A stretch of 64,000 nucleotides of DNA from Phaeosaccion multiseriatum (Eukaryota > Protista > Ochrophyta, other classes). The position numbers and the translations under genes are program-made. Below, in pieces: positions 49,066 to 60,800 of the stretch (position 1 is the first letter of the stretch; each line of letters begins with the position of its first letter). The DNA lies in NCBI GenBank assembly GCA_965112735.1, contig OZ218960.1:2604001-2668000 (forward strand). Reading direction: 5' to 3'. The notes under the pieces were generated by a model. The model did not search any database and was not told where the DNA came from. It saw only the letters and a list, made by a program, of their open reading frames with translations.

Positions 49066-52000
49066 GCAGTGACGGGTGCCATCTACCTATGGCTGTCCTA
49101 TGAGGCTTTACAAAACCCCATCAGGTCCGTCGATCAGAGCTCACATGCATGATCATCATCATCATCATCATCATCATCCTTGTCTTGGGCTGTGTTGTTC
49201 GATCTCTCAATTGTTTCATCAATCATTGGGTCAATCATCGCCCTCATAGTGTACCGAAGCCCCACCCCTCTCTACGCGAAACTGATGCCCCTTCCCTTTC
49301 CCCCTCCTCCCCTCCCCCTCCCCATCCCCCTTCCTCCCTCCCTCTCCTCCCTCCTCACCCGCCGCCAGTGTGCAAGGTTTCTACAGCGGTCTGGGCATGA
49401 TGAACTTTGATGGCCTCACTAAAGGCTTTACTCAAGAGGTCTCCGTGGCTACTGTGTGGAGCCACTGTGTCGCACAGGTACGTACGTACATACGTGTGTA
49501 CGCAATCTTATGATACAAAATCAGACGTTTGCATCATTATAAGCCCAGTTAGTCCGAGGTGACACCTGACACCCAATGCCCCCGTCCCCCGGGGTTCTCG
49601 CCTCGAGGGGTATAACCCGAGGGGGGGGGCTCGTAGGAGTAGGAAAGGCTGCTGACTTGCCGGCTGTGCGGCCATCTCTGTCTGGCCTGCCCCTGCCTGT
49701 CCTGTTTGCTGTGGCCTGTCGAGAGGCAAATAGACGAGACATGTATGTGTGTCAGTGTTCAGTTCATGTGACCTTAGCAATGATATCGAGCACATGAATG
49801 GATTCGATAAAAGCTTTTGTTAGTGACCTCTGATGACCTGTTGGTTGTTTTTTCCATCTGTTGGGTCTGACGTCAGCTTGTGTAGTCCGTCGTCCGTCTT
49901 CGTCTTCCCTTCCTCTTGTGTCCTGGCACTCATTTTTTCTCCCTCTTTTTTTTCTTTCCCTCCTTTCCTCTTGTGTACTCTATGTACATATACACATATA
50001 TATATACATATTATATATGTATCATTGTATATGTCATGATATATACATACATATATATATACATCAGGACCTGTTGGCCGGGACGTGGATCTTCCGGGAC
50101 GCAAGGAAGAAGGGTATCTGGTCGGGCCACTCCCTCCTCGCAACGCTCCTCTTTGGGCCTCTTGGAGTACTCAGTCATTTTGCGACACGTGCCATTTGGC
50201 CCTATTTGGACCGGTGAGTGCGTGTGCGTGTGCGTGTGCGTGCCTGAGTGCGTGTACGTGCGTGCGTGCGAGCGTGCGTGCGAGCGTGCGTGCGTGCGTG
50301 CGTGCGTCTGCGTGCGCGTTGCGACTGGCCTTCTGCAGAGGGGGGCAAGCGCGGGACGGAGGAGGAGGAGGAGGAGGAGAAGTAGGATTCTTATTATAGC
50401 ATGTTGGTCAGGAGGAGTTTTAGTTTTATGGTGTAGGAGGAGGGAGGAGGAGGAGGAGGAGTTTTATAGTAGGAGGAGGAGGGAGGAAGAGGAGTTTTAC
50501 TAGAGTAGTAGGAGGAGCCCCTTATATTAGACTATACGTACAGCTTTTGCTCTTGGCTTTGCTCCTCCGCAAAGCTTTGGCATTTGCTGCGACAATACGT
50601 ATCACTCTTCATAGAATATAAAAGCGTTTTAACAAGGGGCGGAGCATGGTTAGAGCCTGCCTTTTCTTCTACTTGCCGGCCCGGCTTTGACTACCCATAC
50701 GCTTTGCCTGCCTGTGTGCCTGCCCGTGTGCCTGCCTGCCTTCCCCTGCCTGTCTGGCTTTCTGCTTGCCTGCCTGCGGTTTGGTACGGCGTGTCTGGGG
50801 GGGGGGGGGAGACGGAGAGGCTGCTATTTTTTCGTTCTTTCTTTCTTTCTTTCTTGTCTTCCACCTCTCTGCGCTACGTTGCGCTGATCATCTCCTCTGC
50901 CCATCTGCAAACAAGGGGAACGCAACTCCCCCCGTCGCCAGTCGCTACTCCTGCACTCATGTCACGTACCACCAACTCCTCCATCCCCCCCCCCCCCTCT
51001 CTCTCTCTCGTGCCCCCCAAAGAAAGGGGCTAGTGAATCGCAGCGGAGGCTCTTCAACATGGATGGACATGTCCAATGGCTTCACTAGCTGGGGGTCAGG
51101 GGGTTGGTCATCGCCCTCTCCTTCGCCCTCCTCCAAGTCGTCGTCGGGTGGGGTGTTCGGCTGGGGATCACCATCACCCTCAAAGTCATCATCCTCCAAG
51201 TCCAAATCATCATCGTCAAGCAACAGCTCGTCATCAAGCTCCAAGGACAAGGGGAAGGACAAGGACAAGGGGAAGGACAAGGACAAGGGGAAGGACAAAG
51301 GGAAGGACAAGGGGAAGGACAAAGGGAAGGACAAGGGGAAGGATAAGGGGAAGGCACCCTCACCATCACCTTCATCATCATCGTCATCATCATCAACGTC
51401 CTCACCAATTCCGATTCCGGAGGGAAAGTGGGGAGTTCCCTCGCCGTCCGTTTCGGAGCAATGGGGCCCCCCTGCACCAATCTACTCGGGCGGTTCATGG
51501 CCCCCGCCGGCGCCAGGATGGGCCTCACCCACACCCACCCCTTGGCCCGCACCTGCAGCCGGTTGGGCATCCCCGTCGTCCACTTCCACCCCCTCCAGCG
51601 TCACCATCTTACCGTCGTCGGCTCCCTCGGCGGCCCCGGTCACTAAATCCCCCCCTTCACCCTCGAAACCATCCTCCTCCTCATCCTCAAAACCTTCATC
51701 CTCCTCCTCCTCCTCCTCCTCCTCCTCAAAACCATCCTCCTCCTCCTCCTCATCCTCAAAACCGTCATCCTCCTCCTCCTCGAAACCCTCTCCATCACCC
51801 TCCAAAACACCATCGAAATCACCCTCACCATCCCCGTCACCGTCAAAACCACCATCTCCCTCCTACGCCAAGGGTACGGTCGCACCCAAGGGGGAGTCCA
51901 AGTCTTTGGCCAAACCCTCACCCTCACCCGCAGCACCCACCCCCGCACCCAACTACGCAAGGGGGGGCTGGCAGTCGGGAGGACCTACGCTCGACAGGAG

Positions 52001-53932
52001 TGGCTCGACAACCACCGTCTCTGCCTCCTCCATCACGCCTGCCCGGGGAGGGTTTGCACCAATGCCGTCTACCTCTCCTTCGAGAGCAGGGTGGCCGTCG
52101 GCGTCGCCCTCGGCCGCCGGGGGGGGGTTTAGCGGTAGTAATAGTATGAACAGCATGTCGGACATCAGCAGGAGCACAATAGGAAGTGTATCGAGGAGCG
52201 GCGTTACCACGACGCCTACCAGCGAGCGCAGCGCCGGGGGCAGCAGCAGGATTACCAGTACGACGACGACAACGACGAGGCGGAGTCAGACGGATTGGGT
52301 TGCGTTCAACAGTGGGTCGACAACTACTATCCCTTCCACGCCACCACCGGTGGTGGTGACACCAGTAGCAGTAGAAGTACCGAAGAAGGATAAAGGAGGA
52401 GGAGGAGGAGATGTCAAAAAAAAGGGAGACAAGAAGGAAGGAGGATCAGGGGATAAGAAAGGAGCAGCAGGAAAGCCAGCGCCCATCCCAACAACGAGGA
52501 ACGGAAAGGAGCTAAGCCAGACGGAGATTAAGCGACGAGCGGCGAGAGCAGCCCTCACTACAGGAGCAGTGCGAGAGGGGGCTCGCATTGTACGGGATGG
52601 CAACAAGAAGGTACCGATGGAAAATGCGCAGGTGAGGAATGACTTGGGGTTGAGTATAGGGTGCGGGCTGTAGGACGTAGGGTATGGGGTGGTGATACAA
52701 TTGGGGTGAAGTATAGGGTATGAGCTGTAGGGTATAGAGTATGGTGTGCTACAATGGGGGTTGAGTATAGGGTATGGGCTGTAGGGTACAGGGTATGGGG
52801 TGGTACAATTGGGGTGTGGAGTATAGGGTATGAGCTGTAGGGTATAGAGTATGGTGTGCTACAATGGGGGTTGAGTATAGGGTATGGGCTGTAGGGTACA
52901 GGGTATGGGGTGGTACAATTGGGGTTGAGTATAGGGTATGAGCTGTAGGGCATGGGGTATGGGGTGGTACAATTGGGGTTGAGTGTAGTGTATGGGCTGT
53001 GGGGTATAGGGTATGGGGTGGTGGTACAATTGGGGTGGAGTATAGGGTATGAGCCGTAGGGCATGGGGTATGGGGTGGTACAATTGGGGTTGAGTGTAGT
53101 GTATGGGCTGTGGGGTATATAGGGTATGGGGTGGTGGTACAATTGGGGTGGAGTATAGGGTATGAGCCTTAGGGCATAGGGTATGGGGTGGTACAATTGG
53201 GGTTGAGTATAGGGTATGAGCTGTGGGGTATATAGGGTATGGGGTGGTGGTACAATTGGGGTGGAGTATAGGGTATGAGCTGTAGGGTATAGGGTATGGG
53301 GTGGTGGTACAATTGGGGTGGAGTATAGGGTATGAGCCGTAGGGCATAGGGTATGGTGTACGGGCTGTAGGGTAAAGGGTCCAGGGTGTTTGGTTTGCTT
53401 GCTTGCTTGCGTACTTTTGAACACAGCACATACTTTTCTGCTTGTTGCCGGATGTACTGTTTCTTACGGGCGTTTTGCTTTCTCACCCTCCACCCCCCAC
53501 ACACACGCACATACACACACGCACACACACGTGCACGAACGTCATCTCCCTTCCCTTCCCTTTCAGGCGATGGTGGAGGAGGCAGCGGAGAGAATTCGCG
53601 ACATGCGCAGAGGAAGCGCAGTGGTTAAGGGAAGTGAGGGAGACAGGCGGAAAAACAGCCTGGGGAATAACAGCAAGGATTCGTCTGGGAATAGTTCAGG
53701 GAGTAGCTCGTCTTCGTCATCTTTACGAGGCGGGGGCGGTGGTGATGGGGTGGGGTTAGGCGGCGCGGAGGGATTTACCCTGGTAGAAACCACACCTGGG
53801 ATGTTCAAGGTGGCAATGAAGGCCGATGTGAAGAACATCAAGGACGAGATCGACAGTCCCTTTGATAGCAGTAGACCCAACCCCAACAGCCCAAGCAACA
53901 CCAGCCTCACCGGCTTAGAACGGAGGAGGTAG
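46601..53932 (+). CDS. Plastid-targeted ABA4/DUF4281 (neoxanthin biosynthesis family) membrane protein with long N-terminal helical repeats and a probable Ser/Pro-rich C-terminal extension
   Basis: Exons 46601-47674, 47888-48262, 48661-48808, 49070-49124, 49369-49477, 50068-50213, then probably 51023-52631 and 53567-53932. DUF4281 motifs ENLAVLPFWMGVIFRP, VWSHCVAQDLLAGTWIFRD, HSLLATLLFGPLGVLSH. If the CG|GTGAGT site at 50213 is not used as a donor, the CDS stops at 50217 and 51023-53932 is a separate gene. Confidence 0.75.
52643..53372 (+). repeat. About 47-50-bp G-rich minisatellite (GGGTATGGGGTGGTACAATTGGGGTTGAGTATAGGGTATGAGCTGTA)n, intronic
   Basis: Roughly 14 imperfect units filling the intron between 52631 and 53567. 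Confidence 0.93.
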
Positions 53933-54316
53933 ACACGAGAGAGAGAGAGAGAGAGGGAAGGAAGGGCAGGGCAGGGCAACCAACGGTTACAGCGGTTATA
54001 TATTAGGAATGAAGAAAGTGGGCGAGAGAACCAACCACTCCAACAAAAGTGTGTATACGATAAAAGAGAGAGGAGAGGGGGCGCAAATAAAGGCAAAGCT
54101 TCGTACGAAGTACCATATACTTAAGCCAATGACAACAAGCTAATGACGCAAGCAAGTGAACAACAGTTTCTGTTTCGATTTTTCATTTCCTTTCCCACCA
54201 TAGAGACTAATTATGTCTCTCTTTGTTCTGCACTGCACCACACACTCTGGACTCTACGTTGCCCTAACCTGTCTTCCCTTCTGTTGTTGTGCTACCACGT
54301 CATCAACCCCCCCCAA

Positions 54317-54353
<37 letters not shown>

Positions 54354-54375
54354 TTCTTCTTTCCTTTGTCCCAAG

Positions 54376-54797
54376 TCAAAAGGCCATATTGAGTTTGAGG
54401 CACTCCGCCTTGGCAGTAAGCTCGTGAAAGCGCTGTCGGCCCGCCATGTACCCCTCGATAAAGTCCCCAACGTCAGCAACACCCGCAGGGTCTTCCTCCG
54501 CACCCTCAAGGAAGCGCTGGGCAAGCTCCTCGCTCGCGTGGTCTGCGTCCTTAGCGGCTGTTTTGACCTTCTTTAAGACTCCGAGTTCGATGTCGTAGGC
54601 GGAATCTGCTGCCTCTTGGAAGTGGGCAGCGCCCTCTTTGTGAACCTAAGGGAGGGGGAAGGGAGGGAGGGAGGGAGGGAGGGAGAGGGCGGAGGAGGGT
54701 GGGGGGGAGAGAGGGGGGCAAGAGGACTTAGTGGGTGGATGGGTGTGAGTGGGTGGGAGGGAGTGTTTCACAAAACTTCTCTCTCCGTCTCTCTCTC

Positions 54798-54840
<43 letters not shown>

Positions 54841-56006
54841 CCCCTCCCCCCTCTCCTCCTCCCTTCTTTCCCACCTTCAACTGGTCCTGCAGCGTCATTC
54901 GCAGTGCATCGATCTCCGCCTCCAGCACGTCAAGCTTCTCCCTCATCTCCAAGTTCTTTGCCGCTTCCGCAGCATTCCCCTTACGCATATCACTCCTCAA
55001 CTTCTCCAACTCCCCTACCCCAGACTCCATGACTGACTCCAGATAGGTTGACAAGGCCACGTCATCCTTCAGCAACCTCTGCAGCTGATTCAAAGGCATC
55101 TCGGCGAGGTCAGGAAAGTGCGTGGGAATGTCTGGCAGCCGAGTGTGACGCTCAGGTCGAGGTGGTGGTTGGGGCTTAGGAGCGGGTTTGCCTGCTGCTG
55201 CTGCTGCTGCTGCTGCTGGGGGGCTGCGGCTGCGACTACTATGTGGGTTTGCGTGTTGTTGTTGCTGGGCGGTGGGGGATGGCATCGGACGACCGTTCCC
55301 ACCACCCCCGCCCCGTCCCTGTGAGTGTTGTGAGTGCGGTCCTCCTCCTCCCCTTCCTCCTCCTCCTCCTCCTCCTCCTCCTCCCCTTCCCCCTCCTTGG
55401 CTGATGGGGCTCGGGTACTGGCTTGGAGCTCCCCTTGGGTACTGTTGATGAGGGAGGAGAGTTGAGAGGAAAGGGTGTAGGGGAGGAGGGCGGGGCAATG
55501 AGAAGCGAATGCAGAAGAGGGGTGGAAGGAAGGGTGTCGGTACAGAAACAGCAGACAGAGAGAGGGAGGGAGGGAGGGAGGAGGAGCGAGAGAGGCAGAG
55601 AGAAAGAGTGTGGGAGACAGACAAAAAGAGAGGGAGAGAGAGCGAGAGAGAAGAGGGGGGGCGTAGAATAGCACTGGAAGGGTGTGTGCGCGTGTGGGGG
55701 GGTGGTGGAGGAGGAGAGGGGAACTATACCACCACACCACACAACTTGCCTGCTGGCTCATGGCTGGAAAGTAAGGCTGATTTTGATGCTGCTGCTGTTG
55801 GTGGTGCTGCTGCTGCTGCTGAGCGTACTGCTGATGTGAAGGCCGCCGAGGGGGGGCCATTCGCCCACCTGCGCCTGCTGCTGCTGCGTGCGGGTGCCCC
55901 CCCCCCGCGCCATATGGACCTCCCCCGCCCCCGCCCCCGACGCCCGGCCTCGGCGCCAAGCCTGGATACATTGATCCCGGTCGCTGCTGCTGTTGTGAGG
56001 TGTACC

Positions 56007-56047
<41 letters not shown>

Positions 56048-56925
56048 GACTGTTGCCCCGCCCCCGTTGCTGCTAAGCAGTGCTGGAACTCCATAAAGAC
56101 TTCGTTGAGTATGTCTCCAATGAGTACGTCCTCGTAGCATGCTTCCCAGTCTGCTATTCGGGGGTGGCCGATGATTTGATTGTATTCGCTTACCCAGGCG
56201 TGTTTCACGGGAGCTAGGAGTTGTAGAACTGGGAGGAGGGGGAAAGCAGAAGGCGGAAAGCGGAAAGCAGCAACACACACACAAATGAATGAGTCTGTAT
56301 ACACCTACGTTGCTGCGCCTCTCCAGCGGTGTTGTCTCTCTCTCTCTCTCTCTCCCCCTCCCCACTTCCTTCTCCCCACCCCCCTCTTTCTCTTCCGCTG
56401 CCCCTCTCCCTCCCTCTCCCTCTCCCCATCCCTACACGCTTCTCCGACTCACTCACCGGGCCTATCCTTGGGGAACTTGGTGGGCAGGAAGAGGCGCAGG
56501 ACTACATACCTCCCATCGGGCGGACACTGAAGGTTGTGCAGCTCAAACACGTCGTCTTTCTGCTGAATACCCGGGACGCTCTCCAGCATGTGGCTGATGT
56601 GGCGCTCTGTTATCGGAGCGTGAGTGAGTGGGCAGGGAAGAGGAAGGTCGTGAGGTAACGCTAACGGATGGCTGATGTGTTGCTCGGGTCAGTGTGCGAG
56701 TGAGAAGGGCGGGGTGGAAAGGCCACGGGCGGCAAGTAGGCCTTGAGTAAGAGAGTACCAAAGGGAGCAATGGTGGTTCGGCTTGGCGAGGAGGGAAGAG
56801 GTGTATCGGAGAGGGGAAGGGTTTTAGAAGTGGTCATCGCAGCAAGCGCGAGGCAGCCTGTTGGCACACGACATACCTCTTTCATCCTCCCCCTTTCCCG
56901 CCCGTTTGCCGAAGATCCACGCCAT
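54376..56925 (-). CDS. VPS37: ESCRT-I subunit VPS37 (VPS37A-like: N-terminal UEV-like domain, Q/P-rich linker, Mod(r) domain)
   Basis: Exons 56925-56877, 56606-56457, 56228-55750 (GC donor), 55441-54875, 54645-54376. UEV-like LFLPTKFPKDRPVLQL..PVKHAWV. Mod(r)-like IPTHFPDLAEMPLNQLQRLL, SEELAQRFLEG, FIEGYMAGRQRFHE..AKAE. Confidence 0.85.
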
Positions 56926-57049
56926 AAGAAGGTGTTTTGTCCTTTTTTCGGCGCACGTTCCACACCTCGGCGGGGCGATCCAGCCTGTGAGGGACAGACA
57001 ACCAACCAGTAACCATCCAACCATCACACTCGACGCGAGGAAAAGCCCG

Positions 57050-59457
57050 ATGCGGTGCTCGCTTCTACTCCTCTTCTGCTGCGGTTTGGGCCATGCTCTT
57101 GCCCGACAATATGATGCTGGCCTGAGAGCTGAGATCCTGTCTGTTCTCGGCGGAGGAGGGGAGCGCAGCAGCAGGCCGGAGCAGGTTGCATTTGGCAGTT
57201 GTGTGCGTGTCAGGGGTGGGGGCGAAGTGATTGAGGAGGGGGAGCTTCCTGTGAATGCCACCACTGCAAATGCCACCACAAGCAATGCAACTAGTGCTGA
57301 CGGTCCACAAGAAGAGGTTAAAGGATATCTACAGGTTTTGTTGGACGGGTCGGACACCTTGCAGCGGGGGGTCGAGTTGTATATAGAGAACAGGAAAAAG
57401 CGGCGGAAGCAGCAGCGGCAGGAGCAGCAGCAGAAGAAGAATCAGCAGGGTGGCGAGGGAGAAGGAGAGAGGGAGGAAGGCGACGAGGACATGCAGCAGG
57501 ACGACGACAACGACGACGAGGACCACGACGAAGAAGAAGAAGAGTTGCTCAGGAAGCTCGAGGCCACAGCCGTTAAGGCCCAGAGCGCACTCAAGGCCAC
57601 AGGGGAGACGGCGGGACGATGGAGAGATATGTTGTGGAGAACGACCGAAGGCACCAAGCAGGTTGACTATGGAGCCGTCCTAAGCTCGGCGGACAAGCTC
57701 TCCGATCGGGTAAGTGGTGGGCAGGATGGGCCTTTATGACCTATCTGACTGCGCAGATGATGGATGGCCCTAGTTTCTTTGTCACACGAAGGGGATAGAG
57801 GGAGAGAGGTGTACGTGTTCCGGCCCGTATAGCTTCCTAAGGGACATTTCTTTTTGACTGGATCACTAACTCCCTAACTCACTCACTCATTCACTCACTC
57901 ACTCACTCACTCACTCACTCACTCACTCACTCACTCACTCACTCACTCACTCACTCACTCACTCACTCACTCACTCAGTCAGTAGTCAGTCCTTAGGAGC
58001 AGCAGCAGTATCGTGGAGCAATCTCTCGAGCTTTCGAGTCGAGGGTGCTGGTGCTCGGAGAAAGGCACTAACGACCTTGAGTGCCATCTATCAGAAAGGA
58101 GCATGTGAGGGGCTAGGAATAAGGCGCAACTACCCAAACCTCGCCGCCCAGCCCTCCTTCCACTGCCATCCGTCCTTCCCCCCCTTTGCTTGCCTCCCAC
58201 CCCTCCTTCCCTCCCTTTGCTCGTCTCACGACCTACGTCCCCCCTCTCCCCCTCCCTTAAACTTCCCTCCTCCCCCCCGGGGCCCAGGCCAAGGCCTTTC
58301 AGACGGAGCAGGGGGATCGGTATACCTCCTTCTTGGGCAAGCACCTGTCTGGCAAGGTGTCTCCTTCCATCAAGTCCTGGACACGCAAAGCCGTCCAGCG
58401 CATTGTGAACAAGGCCGTGCCACAGCCCAGCGAGCGAGCGATGGAGTTTTCCCTCCTGGCCGCAAACCTCACAGCAGAAGTGGTACGGGACCACCTTGAG
58501 TGTCCCGAGTTGAACACAGCGAGTGAAGAGGAGCTTATGGGCGCTTTCGTGGTCTATGTAGAGAACATGGAAGACTCGGTAAGAGCCTACTACCTTGCTG
58601 GTGAGACCAAGGTGGGCAGCGTGGCGGGCAAGCTAGTGTCTGCCTTGACGAGCTACGACTTGGAAACAGGCAAGAAGGAGGTGCTGCAGTTGCTCGAGGC
58701 GAGGATGCTACCGCGGGTGTTGCTGCCGCTCTTTGCCGCGGAACTGTACGGGTTTGATCCTCGTCAAGAGCCCTGGATTGTGGCGTTTGTGGCGGCCTTT
58801 GCCGTGGGGAGTGTCAGTGAGCTTGTGTTGAACAATGTCGTGCGTGTCTTGCAAGAGTTTCTGCGCAAGGGAGAGACATTGGCCTCGGGGAGGGGACGAA
58901 CAAGAAAAAGGAGAAGGGATTGGTGGTTCTTTGGAAGAGGGGGGGGGCGCCGCGAGGATGGGAGGCAGGGTGAAGGACTCAGCGAAGCAGAAGCGAAGGA
59001 GGTGTACTCGAAGGCCACTGTCGGCTTCTTGCAAGTGGCGCCGCACGGGGGGGGGCAGGGAGAAGGAGACACAGATGCCGGTCTGGATGGGGACATTGGG
59101 AAGGAGATTGCTCACTCCGCCCTGATATTCTTCGCACTGCTGAGGGCTAGGCTGCCTTTGAAGGAAGAGCAGGAGAAGCAGCTGGTCATATACCCACAGC
59201 AGGAGGAGGGGGCAGAGGTGGTGGTGGTGGCGGTGGAGGAGGAGGACAAGGAGCAGAAGGCCGAGGAGGAGGAGGATGTCCCTCTTCTCCTCATGGGTCA
59301 CTTGCTTGAGAGATCAGAGCTGACCAGTGCGGGGAAGCTCTTGCTGAGCGTGCTACGGGGATTCGAGACCAAGCCAGTGAGGAAGTACTCCCGCAGCATC
59401 GGTCGGAAGGCCCCGACGTACATGTGGGGCGGTTGGTTCTCCATGAAGGACGAGTGA
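57050..59457 (+). CDS. Hypothetical protein with N-terminal signal peptide and one hydrophobic (possible TM) segment
   Basis: Exons 57050-57709 and 58288-59457 join in phase 0 (SDR|AKAFQTE). Signal-like MRCSLLLLFCCGLGHALA, complex non-repeat coding sequence, hydrophobic WIVAFVAAFAVGSV. No family recognised. Confidence 0.7.
57876..57977 (+). repeat. (ACTC)n microsatellite, intronic
   Basis: Directly visible. Confidence 0.93.
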
Positions 59458-60336
59458 GGGGCACAGATGGCGTATCCAGTTTCCTCGTTATCGAGGTTGA
59501 CTGTCGCACACATACACACGAGGTCTACTTTTGTGAAGTTCGACCTCGATGTTTAAGTTGGAAGTCGTGTACCACTACTGTACCAGGTGGTGTTAGAGTG
59601 GTAGACTGCTCGCATGTGCGGCACATCAATAAAAAGATCAGCAGAGAGAGAGAGAGAGAGAACCTTCGAAGGCCTATTTCTCTCGATGCCTACAATAGTT
59701 CTTGATTGATTGTTTCATTTGTGGATTGTTGATTGAGGTGATTGGTATAAATAAGTAAATAAATGAGAAGGAGAATGTATATTGTTCATTGTTGTGCTCG
59801 TTATGGGAGTCAGAGGAGGAGGAGATGGTTTGCTCACACAAGGAGAGGGAAACCTTCAATAAGCATCCTCAGTAAAGGTCTGCCCACGACAAAAACACTA
59901 AAGTAGTGATGCTGCTGGTGGTGGTGGTGGTGGTGACGCTGTGGTGGTGACGCTGGTGGCGGTGATAAATGTGATTTGTGTGCGATGAACTACCCTCAAG
60001 TGCCCATAAGTGCCCCAGGAGTAGGGGGGGTTTGCATGCATATACCCACCTACCCCTACTGTGCAGTGCCATCCCCGGCTTTCAGTGACTCTTCACCATC
60101 CTCCGGACACAGGGCGCAGGCCCCTCTCCTCCCCTCCCCTCCCCTCCCCTCCCCTCCCTTCCCCTCTCCTCCCCCTGCACTCTCCCCTCCCCTTCCCTCT
60201 CCTCCCCTCCCCTCCCCTCCCCTCATCTCCTTTCCTCGCGCCCTTCTTCTCGCAGACAGTAGAGGTGCAGGTGGGAAGGCAGACACGCCCTTTGAGTCCC
60301 CCCCCCCCCGCCCCCTTGCTCTCTCTCTCCCCCTCT

Positions 60337-60761
60337 TTACTGCTCTTCTGAAGACTTCTTGATGATTGGCTCCTGCGTTGATCAGAAATGGGGGACAAGG
60401 CAACGAAACAGATACATGAGGGGAGCAGGCGGGAGGGTGGTAGGGTATGGGATGGCAGTGGATGGATGAGAAGGAGCAGGAGGCGAGCGAAGTGTACACT
60501 CACTCCTTCCTTCCTTCCTTCCTTCCATCATTCCATTTTAACTAACTTCTCCTCACTTTCTTGAGCTCCATAACGTGCAAACCCTTCTCCCCCTACCCTT
60601 CTTCCCTCCCTCCCTTCTCACATTCTTGAGCTGTATAAAGATGGACTTCATGCGGGAGGTGTCGTGGTAGTCGTCCACAGCGTCCGTCTGAGTGTCCACT
60701 AGAGTCACCACTCGCTCCCACGGGTTGTCGGACTCCAGGTCGGCCTCCAGCTGCACACACA

Positions 60762-60800
<39 letters not shown>

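Noticed and set aside
52643-53372. CRISPR-like array or repeat-protein ORFs (52558-53424, 52859-53431)
   Set aside because: The units are contiguous with no unique spacers, there are no cas genes, and the array lies in a spliceosomal intron. The ORFs are minisatellite read-through.
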